Shown: positions 8,639 to 19,802, counted from the stretch's first letter. The stretch: 64,000 nt of DNA from an uncultured Chloroflexia bacterium (GCA_963726215.1 CAVSBU010000017.1:29265-93264); one strand, 5' to 3'. Made by a program: numbers and translations. The notes: generated from the letters alone by a model not told the origin.

Positions 8639-9908
8639 CACAGTGGAAACAGAAAAAGACAAGCTCACCATAGCCAGGGAAATGCTGGGCAATCTGGTTG
8701 ACCGCAGGGTGCTGACGGCGCTGGAAGTATGTGTCCGCTGCGGCATATGCACCGAAAGCTGCCACTATTACCAGTCCAATCCCAAGACGGAGCACACTCC
8801 CTATTACCGCGCCGAAATGGTGCGGCGATTGTACCGGCGCTTCTTCGACCCTATGGGGCGCGCTTTCCCGCAATGGGTCGGCGTCAAAGAAACAACCGAC
8901 GAGATGTTAGTCCAAACTGGCAGAGATAGCTTTCGCCAGTTGTACGCTCTGCCACCGTTGTACTTTCGCCTGCCCCTTTGGCGTGGAGACAGCCGAAATC
9001 ATGCGCGTCATGAGGGCGATGGCTACCGCTACCGGCAATGCCCCGGAGATGCTTGTAGAGCTGGCGAACGCTGCCATTGCCAAGGAAGAGAACGCTGAAC
9101 TATTCCGTGATATCTATCGGGACCAGGTTAAAGAGCTGGAGAAGGAAGTCCAGGACCGTCTGGGCAGCTCTAAAGCACGGATACCCGTGGAAGAGAAGGG
9201 CGCCCGTATGCTTTATGTGCCCTTAGCCGGGGCTCATACTATTGTCCCTCAGGCCATACTCTTCAATGCAGCTAAGGAATCATGGACCCTGGGCATGTTC
9301 GAATCATCCAACTACGCCGTTTTTCTGGCCGACGGCATCAAGTCCAAGCGCATCACCGCAGCGCGTTATCAAAGAGGCTCAAAAACTTAAAGCCGAGGAG
9401 ATCATAGTCACCGAGTGCGGACACGGTTACACCACTATGCGCTGGGAGGCTCCCAAATGGTTTGGGCAACTTCCGTTTCGGGTTCGCAGCATACTCGAAG
9501 TACTCGATGAATACGTGAGAGAAGGACGTCTGCATTTGGACTCCGTCCAAGAACGGCCAGCCGACCACATACCATGACTCCTGCAATCTGGGACGTAAAG
9601 GCGGCATTTTCGACGAACCGCGACGTGTAATCCGAGCCGCTGTTAAGGATTATCGAGAGATGACGCCAAATCGGCTGGAGAGCTATTGTTGCGGCGCCGG
9701 GAGCGGCCTGGTAGCCGAGCCGGAGTGGATGGATATCCGTATGCAGGCAGGTAAAATCAAGGCGGAGCAGGTTAAGCGCACCGGTGCCAGCCTGGTTATT
9801 ACTTCCTGCGATAACTGCCGCCAGCAAATCGGAGACCTAAGCGAGCATTACGGCTTGAATGTCGAAGCCAGCAGCGTCTCCGAGTTAGCCGTCAAAGCTC
9901 TGGCTTGA
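8631..9908 (+). CDS. HdrD/DsrK/GlpC-like (Fe-S) oxidoreductase with CCG domain (three or more frameshifts)
   Basis: Fragments lie in frames 0, 1, 2 and 0. Motifs: CVRCGICTESCHYY and ASCTLCHRCTFACPF (two 4Fe-4S motifs), then ECGHGYTT and ESYCCGAGSGL...ITSCDNCRQQI (CCG domain). Confidence 0.75.
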
Positions 9909-10252
9909 GATTGAGATTGCCAGCGGAATTCATGCCGATCTATGAATCATGCGTAGTTCACCCTGCGGCGAAAAGTTTGAAGCTCGCATCCGTCAAAATG
10001 ACAGACAGCCGACAGCGAACTCAAAATGTCCCAGAATGCTGGCAAAAAGCAGCTCGCAAGTAGGATTTTCTCCACCTTTCGGCACCTGTTCTTGCGAGGT
10101 AAATCCTGCATCAGCAGCCCCGACCTGAGGCGCCTCCCACTGAGGCAGTTCGCCTAGTAAAAATTCCGATTCCGGCTCATCTCACTCGCAGTCACTAGTG
10201 CGCTTGCAGAGTTTGCCAAAAATTTACCGCGAAGTTAATATATAAAGATTGC

Positions 10253-11332
10253 ATGACATTCTACCCTCGATATTTAAAGGATTCGCCGGATAAATATATG
10301 AATCCATACAATTATCAAAGCCAGGAGATTCAGGCTAACCTGCAGCTGAAAGAAACGACCTCTCGCTGGCTGCGTTATGCGGTCGATTTCCCCACCGCTT
10401 ACGTATCATATAATGAAGAAAACAACGTCGTCCTGGGTGAATATTTTCAGCCGCGTAATGTCAACCGCGCCCCGTTAGCTATAATAATTCACGGATGGGG
10501 CGACCGCAGCGCAATACCATGCCAGATTACTGGCGCGAACTCTGGTCAAAAAGGGTATTGCCGCCTTTATCTTATATCTGGTGTTCCATACCAGCCGCAT
10601 GCCGGAAACCATGAAAAGCCATATGCCATATATTACCACTGAAGACTGGTTTGAAGGCTACAGGGCCTCGGTAATTGAAGTTCGCCAGATAATAGACTGG
10701 GCAAGCAGCCGACCGGAGCTGGACAAAGAGCGGATAGCCGTACTCGGCATAAGCCTCGGCGGATTCGTCTCGGAGATAGCCATGGGAGTGGATAAACGCA
10801 TCAAAGCAGGGGTATTTATGATCGCTGGCGGAAACTCGGAGAAGATAACCTGGAATACCAGGAACGAGGCTATAATTAAAGGGTCACGGCTGCACCGAAG
10901 CCGAATGCCACGAAATACGCAGTCACTATCCGCAGTATCTGGCTGAGATAGCCGAGAAGGGCTTTGGCAATGTTATCCCGTTTAAAGACTGCTTCTTAAC
11001 CGACGCCTTGACCTTCGCTCCATATCTCCGGGAACGCCCGGTATTAATGTTAAATGCGCTGTGGGACAAGACCATCCCCAAAGAGGCTACGCTCGATTTC
11101 TGGGAAGCCTGCCATAAACCTGCCATCAGTGTGGCTGCCGGGCACACACGTCACCTTCTGGCTGTGGTATCCCGTCATCGCGCGGGAAATAACCCGTTTT
11201 CTGGGCTCAACTTTCGGCACACCGCGGAAAATAATAGCTATAAAGTACCGTGGTACCAGCCGCTATTTAGACTATCAAAACATCGCTCACTGCCGAGTTT
11301 GCCTCAAGTATAGCTTTGCTGCTACAATATAA
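10253..11332 (+). CDS. alpha/beta hydrolase (dienelactone hydrolase / S9-like), multiply frameshifted; 3' end uncertain
   Basis: IIHGWGDRS, the nucleophile elbow GISLGG, and later VLMLNALWDKTIPKEA. Pieces are spread over ORFs 10253.., 10581.., 11008.. and 11054... Confidence 0.6.
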
Positions 11333-11380
11333 GCCGGATTTCTAACGCAGACCTTAGAGCAAAAAGACAAATAACTCATC

Positions 11381-12857
11381 TTGAACAACGAAACATCTGA
11401 CCTGATAGCCAAGCTCAAACTTATATTTGAACCTCGCTCCATTGCCTTTCTGGGGGCGACCAATAACCCCATGAAATGGGGGTTCCGTATATTCGCCAAC
11501 ATTGTAAACGGTGGATTTCAAGGCCGACTATACCCCATAAATCCGACCAAGCAAGAGATACTGGGGCTAAAAGTCTACAAGAGCGTTGGTGAAATCCCGG
11601 AGATACCTGACCTCGCTGTCATTGTGATACCCCCTCCGGGCGTACCCGCAGTTTTGAAGGAATGTGCCGACAAGGGTATAAAAGCTGTTGTGGTCATAAC
11701 CGCTGGCTTCGCCGAGGTCGATAGAGAAGGCGAAAAACTGACAGCAGGAGATGGTCGACATAGCCCACCGCGCTGGCCTGAGATTTATAGGGCCTAACAC
11801 CGACGGCATAGTCAACCCGCATCACAAGCTCTATGCCGAGATGCCACCCATTTTCCCCTATGCAGGTCCTATTTCCATAGTCTCCCAGAGCGGGAACATA
11901 GTGGGAACCATGATGCGCCTGGCGATAGAAAGCGGCTTCGGCTGCGCCAAATGCATTAGCAGCGGCAACGAGGCCGACCTCCACGCCGAGGACTATATTC
12001 GATACCTGGCGGATGACCCGCAGACCAAGGTCATACTTAGCTATGTCGAAGGGTTCAAGGACGGCAGCCGGTTCTTCGAAGCGGCCAAGGAGGTAACCAG
12101 GAAAAAACCGATTGTAATGCTTAAGACCGGTGAGACGCCGGCCGGAGCCATCGCTGCCAAGTCACATACGGCATCTCTAGCCGGCATGGACACCGTAGTC
12201 GACGCCATGTGCCAGCAATCGGGAATCATAAGGGTGAGACATCTGGACGAGCTTGTTGACGCCGGCACTGCCTTTCTATGCCATCCATTGCCCCGAGGTC
12301 GTAGAGTCGGCATAGTTACTGCTGGCGGCGGTTGGGGAGTTCTGGCTGCCGATGCCTGCGCCAAACTGGGGCTCGATGTCGTTCAATTTCCTCCCGAGAC
12401 CATTAAGGAGCTTAATAGCTTCATGCCGGCATGGTGGAGCCATGGTAATCCGGTTGACATGGTAGCCGGCATTTTTGGAGACGGGGTAATCAGATGCGTC
12501 GAAGTGGTGCTGCGCAGCCCTGTGGTTGACGGAGTCATCTTTTTAGGAATAATGCCTGCCTTACCTATGGAGCAGTTCTCTCGCGCTGCCAAATTAGAAG
12601 AAAGGGACCGCATGCGGGACGCGATACTCTCAGCCATAATTAACGTTTTCGACAAGCTGAAAGAACTGACCGATAAGTATGACAAGCCTATAGTTGTCGG
12701 CTCCGAGCCAATTGCTTTCGGTGCTGACCTGGCCAACAAAATAATCCGCTCCCTGGCCGACAGAAATTGCGTATCTTATGACATGCCTCACAAAGCAGCA
12801 GCAGCCTTCGCCTACCTGGCAAAGTACGGCGAATACCTGAATCAGAATAGCAAATAA
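11381..12857 (+). CDS. acetate--CoA ligase (ADP-forming) alpha-type / CoA-binding succinyl-CoA-synthetase-like protein (frameshift near 11745)
   Basis: SIAFLGATNNPMKWGFRI (CoA-binding), VVVITAGFAEV, GPNTDGIVNP, SQSGNI, and AKSHTASLAG (phosphohistidine loop). No ATP-grasp (beta) part lies adjacent. Confidence 0.8.
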
Positions 12858-12957
12858 CCACTACCACATCTCGAACCTACGATTGCAAGTCTAACGGCAC
12901 CACATATATAATTGCGCCAGTGACCCAACTTTGAATTGGCTTGCCTAACTTGATACC

Positions 12958-13398
12958 ATGAGTAAGCTAAATAGAGCCTTATTTATTTTCCTGGTTGTAG
13001 CCATTGTGGTTACGTCGGGCTTTATTATCTATATGGTGGTTACACCGCAGAAAGCAGAGAAATTCACTGAATTCTATATCCTGAACACAGAAGGTAAAGC
13101 TCAGGATTATCCGGAACAGGTAACCGTAGGTCATCCTGTTGACATACTTATTGGTGTCGTCAACCACGAATATCAGCCGGCCGACTACAGAGTAGATATA
13201 AAGATGGATGGCATTGAAGTTGGGGAGGCAAATACAGGTACGCTGGCTTATCAGCAAAAATGGGAGGAGAAGGTCAGTTTCATTCCCCAGGTAGTTGGCG
13301 AAGGACAGAGGGTCGACTTTATCTTGTACAAAAACGGCGAAACAGAACCCTATTTAAAGGAGCCACTCAGACTTTATATCGATGTCGTTTCTCCGTAG
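12958..13398 (+). CDS. single-pass membrane protein, DUF1616-like C-terminal domain
   Basis: 146 aa with an N-terminal TM helix (ALFIFLVVAIVVTSGFIIYMVV). FTEFYILNTEGKAQDYPEQVTVGHPVDILIGVVNHEYQPADYRV resembles the archaeal DUF1616 repeat, from memory only. Confidence 0.45.
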   Translation: MSKLNRALFIFLVVAIVVTSGFIIYMVVTPQKAEKFTEFYILNTEGKAQDYPEQVTVGHPVDILIGVVNHEYQPADYRVDIKMDGIEVGEANTGTLAYQQKWEEKVSFIPQVVGEGQRVDFILYKNGETEPYLKEPLRLYIDVVSP

Positions 13399-13422
13399 TG
13401 GCTTGTTAGACAGGAGATATAG

Positions 13423-14611
13423 TTGTATAACACCATCATCATCGGCGCCGGTCCAGTTGGCAGCTACCTGGCTGGGAAACTAGCTCAGCTTGGATACAAA
13501 GTGCTTGTCCTTGATAAAAAATCGGCTGCCGGGCAGGACATCTGCTGCACCGGTATCATTAGCAAAGATTGTTTTAATTTGCTTCCTACTGATATAAATC
13601 TGGCTAAAAGGCCGGTTTGCTCGGCCAGATTCGTGGCGCCTTCAGGTAAATCGCTTAAACTCTCGCGCAGCGATGAGGTAGCCTATATAATTGACCGGGT
13701 AGCTCTTGAGCAAGTGCTGGCGACTATGCTCAGGCATCCGGCGTTCGTTATCTTTTCGGAAGTAATGTCATTGACATTCAGAGCTGCAACGGGGTGCTTA
13801 CAGGTGACAGCGAATTGTGGAGGGCATAAAACTATATTTGAAGCTGAGACAGCGGTCATTACCACTGGATTCGGTTCACCGCTGCCCGCCAGGCTTGGTT
13901 TAGGAGAAATAAGCAATTTCGTCATCGGGGCTCAGGCGGAGGTAAGCATAACAGACATCGACGAGATAGAAATTTACTTTGACCGGAGACTGGCCCCTGG
14001 GGGTTTTTCCTGGTTAGTACCTACCGGAGATAATAGAGGCCTGGTTGGGCAATTAACACACCGGCAGCCAAAACGATACTTCAGAAAGCTGCTGTCAGCC
14101 CTCAAAACTCAAGGCAAAATAGCTACCACCGAAGTTATCCCGGCGTTACAGGGCAATACCCCTCCAATCTTTACCCAAGACATACAGCGACCGACTACTG
14201 GTGGTCGGTGAGGCCGCCGGACAGGTTAAGCCGACTACTGGCGGTGGTATATATTACGGACTGGTGTGTGCTGACATAGCCGCTGATACCCTGCACCGAG
14301 CATTTCAAGTGCATGAATTTTCTGAATCCCGACTGGCTTCTTACGAGAAGAGATGGCGAGCCAGGCTAGGTAAAGAGCTTAAAATTGGCTATTGGGCACA
14401 TCGTATTTACCGGATGCTCGATAACCGGCAGATTGAGCGCTTATATAATTTTATCAGCCACAACGGTATGCCGCAGTTTATAGCTGAGCTTGACGATTTC
14501 CCGTTTGATTGGCACAGCGAGCTTATCTTAAAAACATTGAAGCACTTGGCTATCGCTATTCCTGCCCTGGCAATAAAGCCCATGATAAAACATAAAGTAA
14601 CTACAAATTAA
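13423..14611 (+). CDS. geranylgeranyl reductase-family FAD-dependent oxidoreductase (frameshift near 14200)
   Basis: TTG start. IIIGAGPVGSYLAGKLAQLGYKVLVLDKK (dinucleotide fold). The downstream piece is LLVVGEAAGQVKPTTGGGIYYG (the GD/GxAAG FAD motif of the GGR family). Confidence 0.75.
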
Positions 14612-14641
14612 GTTAGTAGCTTTGTAAAATAGGATGGAAAG

Positions 14642-15976
14642 ATGAAAGTAGTTTTTCTGTGCGGTGGCATTGGTAAAAGGATGTTCCCCATTACCGAGGA
14701 TAAATTCCTGCTAAATTTCCTGGGCAAAACACTGCTCCAGATACAACTGGAAGCGGCCAGGCAGGCAGGCCTAAATCATTTTTTAATTGTTTGCAATCAA
14801 TACAATATGGAACAAATAGAGAAAATAACCAATGTAATCTCCGATACTAAAATTAAGCTGGTTCTACAAAAACAACCGCTGGGCATTGCTGATGCATTGA
14901 AAAGTGCCGCCTCTTTCCTGGATGAAGGTATCTTGATAGTCAATCCTAACGATGTTTTTGCCGCCTCGGCATACACCAGCCTTCTTCAAGAGGCTAAAAA
15001 GAAATCCGCAGATTCATATATGCTCGGCTATCACACCAAAAGTTATTTCCCCGGGGGTTATTTGGTCGTAAACGCAGCAAATGAGCTGGAACACATCGTA
15101 GAAAAGCCGAAACCCGGGGAGGAACCGAGCAACCTGGTAAATATCCTGGTTCACCTTCATGCCGATTCTAAAAGACTTCTGGGATATATTGAAGAGGTCA
15201 AAACAACTAAGGACGATGTCTATGAATGCGCCCTGGATAACCTGGCCAAAGCCGGGCACAAAATCAAGGTAATTCCCTACGACGATTTCTGGGCGCCTGT
15301 AAAATACCCCTGGCATATCTTTGATGTAGTCAAATATGTGCTGGATACGAGCCAGCCAAAGATTTCCCGTTCAGCCTCTATTTCAGCCAAAGCTACCATC
15401 GAAGGTAAGGTTATCATAGGTGACGGTGTCAGGGTGCTGGAAAACGCGGTGATAAGAGGGCCAGCCTACATTGGTGCCGGCTCTATAATAGGTAATAACG
15501 TTTTAGTGCGAGACTACAGCCATATCGGAGCCGACTGTGTCATAGGTTACTGCACAGAGGTAAAAGGTTCTTATATCGGTGACGGCTGTTGGATTCATTC
15601 CAGCTATATCGGTGACTCTATAATAGGCAAAAGTTGCTCTTTCGGCGCCGGCACCGTCCTGGCTAACTTCCGCTTTGACGAGCAGAACATCTCGGTGACC
15701 GTTGGCGACGAGGCTATCGATACCGGACGAGATAAGCTCGGAGCTATAATTGGCGATAATTGTAAAACTGGAGTTAATGTTAGTGTTATGCCTGGCATTA
15801 AAATCGGCCCCAACTCCATCGTTGGTTCTCACGTATGCTTGACCAAAGACCTCGGGCCAGAAAAAATGATAGTGTCCGAACCACGTTATCGAACTCAACC
15901 CAACCCGATTAAGCTTGACGAGGCAAAAAGAAAAGAACTGAAAGAAAAACTAGAGAAATTGGCAGGAGACGCTTAG
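14642..15976 (+). CDS. bifunctional sugar-1-phosphate nucleotidyltransferase / left-handed beta-helix acyltransferase (GlmU-like)
   Basis: 444 aa. The N-terminus VFLCGGIGKRMFPIT is the NTP-transferase G-loop. The C-terminal half has hexapeptide repeats (IGDGVRVLENAVIRGPAYIGAGSIIGNNVLV...). Confidence 0.75.
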   Translation: MKVVFLCGGIGKRMFPITEDKFLLNFLGKTLLQIQLEAARQAGLNHFLIVCNQYNMEQIEKITNVISDTKIKLVLQKQPLGIADALKSAASFLDEGILIVNPNDVFAASAYTSLLQEAKKKSADSYMLGYHTKSYFPGGYLVVNAANELEHIVEKPKPGEEPSNLVNILVHLHADSKRLLGYIEEVKTTKDDVYECALDNLAKAGHKIKVIPYDDFWAPVKYPWHIFDVVKYVLDTSQPKISRSASISAKATIEGKVIIGDGVRVLENAVIRGPAYIGAGSIIGNNVLVRDYSHIGADCVIGYCTEVKGSYIGDGCWIHSSYIGDSIIGKSCSFGAGTVLANFRFDEQNISVTVGDEAIDTGRDKLGAIIGDNCKTGVNVSVMPGIKIGPNSIVGSHVCLTKDLGPEKMIVSEPRYRTQPNPIKLDEAKRKELKEKLEKLAGDA

Positions 15977-16138
15977 TACGGGTTAATGGAGTTCTGCACC
16001 AAGCTTACCTGAATAGCAACACCGTAAGTTTTTAGCAGCAAATGAATTGGCCCAATTTTTGTTGTTTGCCGCAACATTCAGGGCATCAGCTACTAAACGG
16101 CGAGGAAAAAGGATGGAAAATTATGAATAAAGACTGAG

Positions 16139-16167
16139 TTGCATTTTGCGTATAGTTATGTTATACT
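16139..16167 (+). promoter_or_regulatory. near-consensus sigma70-type promoter upstream of nusA
   Basis: TTGCAT (16139-16144), exact 17-nt spacer, TATACT (16162-16167). Confidence 0.45.
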
Positions 16168-16190
16168 GGCGTCGTAACCTAAGAGTACGT

Positions 16191-16218
16191 AAAAAGTGGG
16201 GCTAGTTCCCACTTTTTT
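16191..16218 (+). terminator. leader hairpin + U-tract between the promoter and nusA (candidate attenuator)
   Basis: AAAAAGTGGG-GCTAGTT-CCCACTTTTTT. The 6-bp core stem is extended by A-U pairs and followed by a T6 run. It ends 33 nt before the nusA ATG. Confidence 0.5.
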
Positions 16219-16250
16219 GTTGATGGAGTAGAAACGGGGAGTGGTATGCG

Positions 16251-17696
16251 ATGAAGACAGAGTTCATGGTTGCCCTTACCCAATTATCGGCTGAGAAACA
16301 TCTGCCGAAGGAAGTAGTGCTGTCTGCCATAGAGACAGCACTCGTCTCCGCCTACAGAAAAGACGCTTTTGTCGCCGGCCAAGACATCTCAGCTAAAATC
16401 AACCCCACCACTGGCGAGGTCAAGGTCTATGTCAGGAAGACAGTAGTTGAAAAAGCAACCGATTTACTTCGTGAGATATCCCTTGGCGAAGCTCAAAAGA
16501 AAGACAAAAATGCCCAGATCGGGGACATTGTAAGCATAGAATCCACACCCCCGAATGCCGGACGCATCGCTGCTCAGACGGCAAGGCAGGTTATATTGCA
16601 GCGGTTGCATGAGGCAGAACATCATGCAATTTTCGAGGAATTTACCGGCAAGGAGGGTGACATCGTTACTGGAATAGTGCAACGCATTACTCCAGAGCAA
16701 ATTCATATTGATTTAGGCAAAGCTGAAGCAATACTACCTGGCATCGAACAAGTGCATAACGAGCGCTATCGAGTTGGACAAAGGCTCAAATTGTACGTCT
16801 TAGAGGTAACTAAGAGTAGCCGAGGGCCTCAGATATTGGTATCTCGCTCTCATCGCAACTTGTTGCGCAGGCTTTTCGAGTTAGAAATCCCGGAAATGTA
16901 TGGTGGCACTATAGATATAAAATCAATAGCACGCGAGGCAAGCTACCGAAGCAAGGTGGCTGTGGCAGCCCGCCAGGACGGTGTTGACCCTGTCGGTTGT
17001 TGTGTCGGACTGCGTGGAATTAGGATACAAAATATAGTGAATGAACTACGTGGCGAAAAGATAGATGTGGTTGAGTGGTCGGATGACCCAGCAACCTTCA
17101 TTGCTAATGCCCTCAGCCCGGCTCAGGTATCAAGCGTTGAACTAAATCAAGCAGAAAATACTGCTATGGTGACCGTTCCGGATAAACAGTTATCTTTGGC
17201 CATCGGCAAAGAAGGACAAAATGCCAGATTAGCGGCAAAACTAACTGGGTGGCGAATCGACATTAAAAGCACCTCAGCGGTTGAAGCGGAAAAGGCAAGT
17301 ATGGACAGAGAAGCTGCGGTGGCGGGCAGAAAGGCACTCGCTGAGCCAGAAGAGCTTATCCCCGAATTTGCTGCTGCAGGAGAAGTTTCCAGTCCATCAG
17401 CAGTGGGTGAAGAGGAAATACCAGGTGAACTGGAGCCAGTGACTGAGGAGAAAACCGAAGAGGTAGCCGCAGCTGTAAGTGATTTTGACCTTGTTTTCGC
17501 TACGGGTGTACCCTCAACAGCAAAATCTGCAGAGGGCCGACAAATCAGGTTCGCTGAGGACATCCTGCCGGGAAGAGCCAGTAAAGCCAAGAAGGAAAAA
17601 AGCGGCAAGAAAGAGTCCGATGTACCGGCAAGTAAAAGCCGGCCTAAGAAGGCTCGTCAAAAACGGTTAGCCTACGAAGAAGAACTTGAAGAATAA
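16251..17696 (+). CDS. nusA: transcription termination/antitermination factor NusA
   Basis: 481 aa. It has an N-terminal domain, S1 ([11 protein letters not shown]), KH1/KH2 ([20 protein letters not shown]; [25 protein letters not shown]), and an acidic then lysine-rich tail. Confidence 0.95.
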   Translation: MKTEFMVALTQLSAEKHLPKEVVLSAIETALVSAYRKDAFVAGQDISAKINPTTGEVKVYVRKTVVEKATDLLREISLGEAQKKDKNAQIGDIVSIESTPPNAGRIAAQTARQVILQRLHEAEHHAIFEEFTGKEGDIVTGIVQRITPEQIHIDLGKAEAILPGIEQVHNERYRVGQRLKLYVLEVTKSSRGPQILVSRSHRNLLRRLFELEIPEMYGGTIDIKSIAREASYRSKVAVAARQDGVDPVGCCVGLRGIRIQNIVNELRGEKIDVVEWSDDPATFIANALSPAQVSSVELNQAENTAMVTVPDKQLSLAIGKEGQNARLAAKLTGWRIDIKSTSAVEAEKASMDREAAVAGRKALAEPEELIPEFAAAGEVSSPSAVGEEEIPGELEPVTEEKTEEVAAAVSDFDLVFATGVPSTAKSAEGRQIRFAEDILPGRASKAKKEKSGKKESDVPASKSRPKKARQKRLAYEEELEE

Positions 17697-17997
17697 TACT
17701 AAGAAACAAAATCATCGTCAAAAGCACGTACCTGAACGTAGTTGCATTGCTTGCCGGGGGAAAAGGGCTAAAAGGGAGTTAATACGACTCGTTGGTAATG
17801 CCGACGCAGTACAAATAGACCCTAAGGGTAAAGACGCAGGTCGAGGGGCTTATTTATGCCCGATACGTGAATGCTGGGAGACAGGACTTAAAGGCAACCG
17901 CCTTGAGCATACCTTGCGGGTTAAGCTAACTTTGGAAAATCGCCAGGTGCTGGTAGAATATGGCAAGAGCCTACCAGAAAGAGAGAGCCGGGGTTGA
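17686..17997 (+). CDS. ylxR: YlxR/RnpM-family RNA-binding protein (DUF448)
   Basis: PERSCIACRGKRAKRELIRLV...GRGAYLC matches the DUF448 signature. It sits in the conserved position between nusA and infB. Confidence 0.85.
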   Translation: MKNNTKKQNHRQKHVPERSCIACRGKRAKRELIRLVGNADAVQIDPKGKDAGRGAYLCPIRECWETGLKGNRLEHTLRVKLTLENRQVLVEYGKSLPERESRG

Positions 17998-19802
17998 GGA
18001 ATAAGAAACAAGAATCAATTGCTGACCAAGAGGAGAATAACCCAGAAGCTAGCAGTTCCTTAAAGGCGCTGCATCATATTAGCCTTCCACCAACTCTCAC
18101 CGTAAAACAATTGGCTGACCTGTTGAAGGTTAGTGCCGTCGAGGTTATCAAACAGCTGATGAGAAACGGTGTCATGGCTAATATCAATCAGGCCGTAGAT
18201 TATGATACTGCGGCAGTAGTAGTTGCTCATTTCGGTTACGAAGCTAAAAAGCAGCCGATGTTCGCCCAAATAAAACGGCCTGTGTCAACAGCTGGCGGTA
18301 AACTTTACCCACGGCCGCCGGTGATTACTATCATGGGGCATGTTGACCACGGCAAGACAAGCCTCCTGGATGCCATTCGCCAAAGTAATGTAATCGCCAC
18401 CGAAGCTGGTGCTATTACTCAACATATAGGAGCTTACCAGGTCGAGCTGGATTCACGAAAGATTACTTTTCTGGATACACCGGGGCATGAGGCTTTTACT
18501 GCCATGAGAGCCAGAGGAACTCAAGTTACCGATATAGCTGTCCTGGTGGTAGCTGCTGATGACGGAGTGATGCCTCAGACTGTAGAAGCCATAGACCATG
18601 CTCGAGCGGCCAATGTACCTGTAGTGGTCGCCCTCAACAAAATTGACAAAGCTGACGCCAATCCAGAGAAAGTGAAAAAACAACTGTCCGATTTGGGCTT
18701 GGTTATTGAGGAATGGGGAGGAGACACAGTATGCGTGCCTATATCAGCTAAGAAAAAACAGGGTATAGATGAGCTTCTAGAAAACCTGCTCCTTGTCGCC
18801 GATATACTGGAACTCAAAGCTGAACACGATTGCCCGGCAGAAGGAGTAGTAATTGAAGCTCGGCTAGATAAAACCAGGGGGCCATTAGCTACCCTTCTGG
18901 TCCAAAAAGGTGTACTCAAGCTCGGTGACAACATCACAGTCAGTAATACCTGGGGCAGGGTCAAGGCCATGTTCAACCAATTGGGTAAGCATCTTAAGAA
19001 AGCTGAGCCTGCTACCCCGGTAGAAGTTCTCGGATTAAATGCTGTCCCTCAAGCCGGAGAATCTTTCAAGGTTGTTACCAACGAGCGTGAAGCCAGAATG
19101 CTCTTAGAAAAGCAGAAAGCCTCGCAACAAAAAGTCTCAAGTCGCGCCAGGCCCCTGGGCCTTAGTGACCTTTCAACTCAAATCAGCACCGGACAGATAA
19201 AGGAGCTCAACATCATCCTTAAGACAGATGTACAAGGAAGCATCGAGCCCATCAAGGATTCTCTAGAGCATCTTGGGGACGAGAGGATTAAGGTCAGAAT
19301 TATCCACTCGGGCAGTGGCGGTGTTACAGAAGGCGATGTGCTACTAGCCTTAGCTTCTAAAGGGATAATCATCGGCTTTAACAGCCGACCTGAACCAGGA
19401 GCACAACGACTGGCCGAAACAGAGGGAATAAGCATTCGGTATTACAATGTGATTTATGAGCTGGTGAAGGATGTTGAAAAAGCACTGAAAGGCATGCTGG
19501 AGCCTACTTATACTGAGGTCATTGAAGGTCAAGCCGAAGTGATAGCTGTATTTGACGCAGGTAAAAAAGGCAAAGTAGCTGGAGTTTCAGTTAAAGAAGG
19601 GAAGATGAGACGAGATGCCTCAGCTCGGTTAATACGTCGAGGCGAACCAATACACGAATCCCGCATAAATAGCTTAAGGCGTTTCAAGGAAGATGTTAAG
19701 GACGTAGCTACTGGCTTTGAGTGTGGGCTCAGGTTAGAAGGCTTTTCAGATTTCCAAATTGGCGATATAATTCAATCCTACCGACAGGAAATAGTAAGCT
19801 AA
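17994..19802 (+). CDS. infB: translation initiation factor IF-2
   Basis: 602 aa. G-domain motifs GHVDHGKTSLLD, DTPGHEAF and NKID, plus the C-terminal beta-barrel domains. Confidence 0.95.
   Translation: MRNKKQESIADQEENNPEASSSLKALHHISLPPTLTVKQLADLLKVSAVEVIKQLMRNGVMANINQAVDYDTAAVVVAHFGYEAKKQPMFAQIKRPVSTAGGKLYPRPPVITIMGHVDHGKTSLLDAIRQSNVIATEAGAITQHIGAYQVELDSRKITFLDTPGHEAFTAMRARGTQVTDIAVLVVAADDGVMPQTVEAIDHARAANVPVVVALNKIDKADANPEKVKKQLSDLGLVIEEWGGDTVCVPISAKKKQGIDELLENLLLVADILELKAEHDCPAEGVVIEARLDKTRGPLATLLVQKGVLKLGDNITVSNTWGRVKAMFNQLGKHLKKAEPATPVEVLGLNAVPQAGESFKVVTNEREARMLLEKQKASQQKVSSRARPLGLSDLSTQISTGQIKELNIILKTDVQGSIEPIKDSLEHLGDERIKVRIIHSGSGGVTEGDVLLALASKGIIIGFNSRPEPGAQRLAETEGISIRYYNVIYELVKDVEKALKGMLEPTYTEVIEGQAEVIAVFDAGKKGKVAGVSVKEGKMRRDASARLIRRGEPIHESRINSLRRFKEDVKDVATGFECGLRLEGFSDFQIGDIIQSYRQEIVS

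Noticed and set aside
9909-10252. A 340-nt gene-free gap after the hdrD-like gene, examined for ORFs, ncRNA or a riboswitch.
   Set aside because: There is no ORF with an RBS, no recognisable RNA family motif and no convincing terminator or promoter. The only feature is a weak resemblance to the CTCAGAATGACA repeat family.
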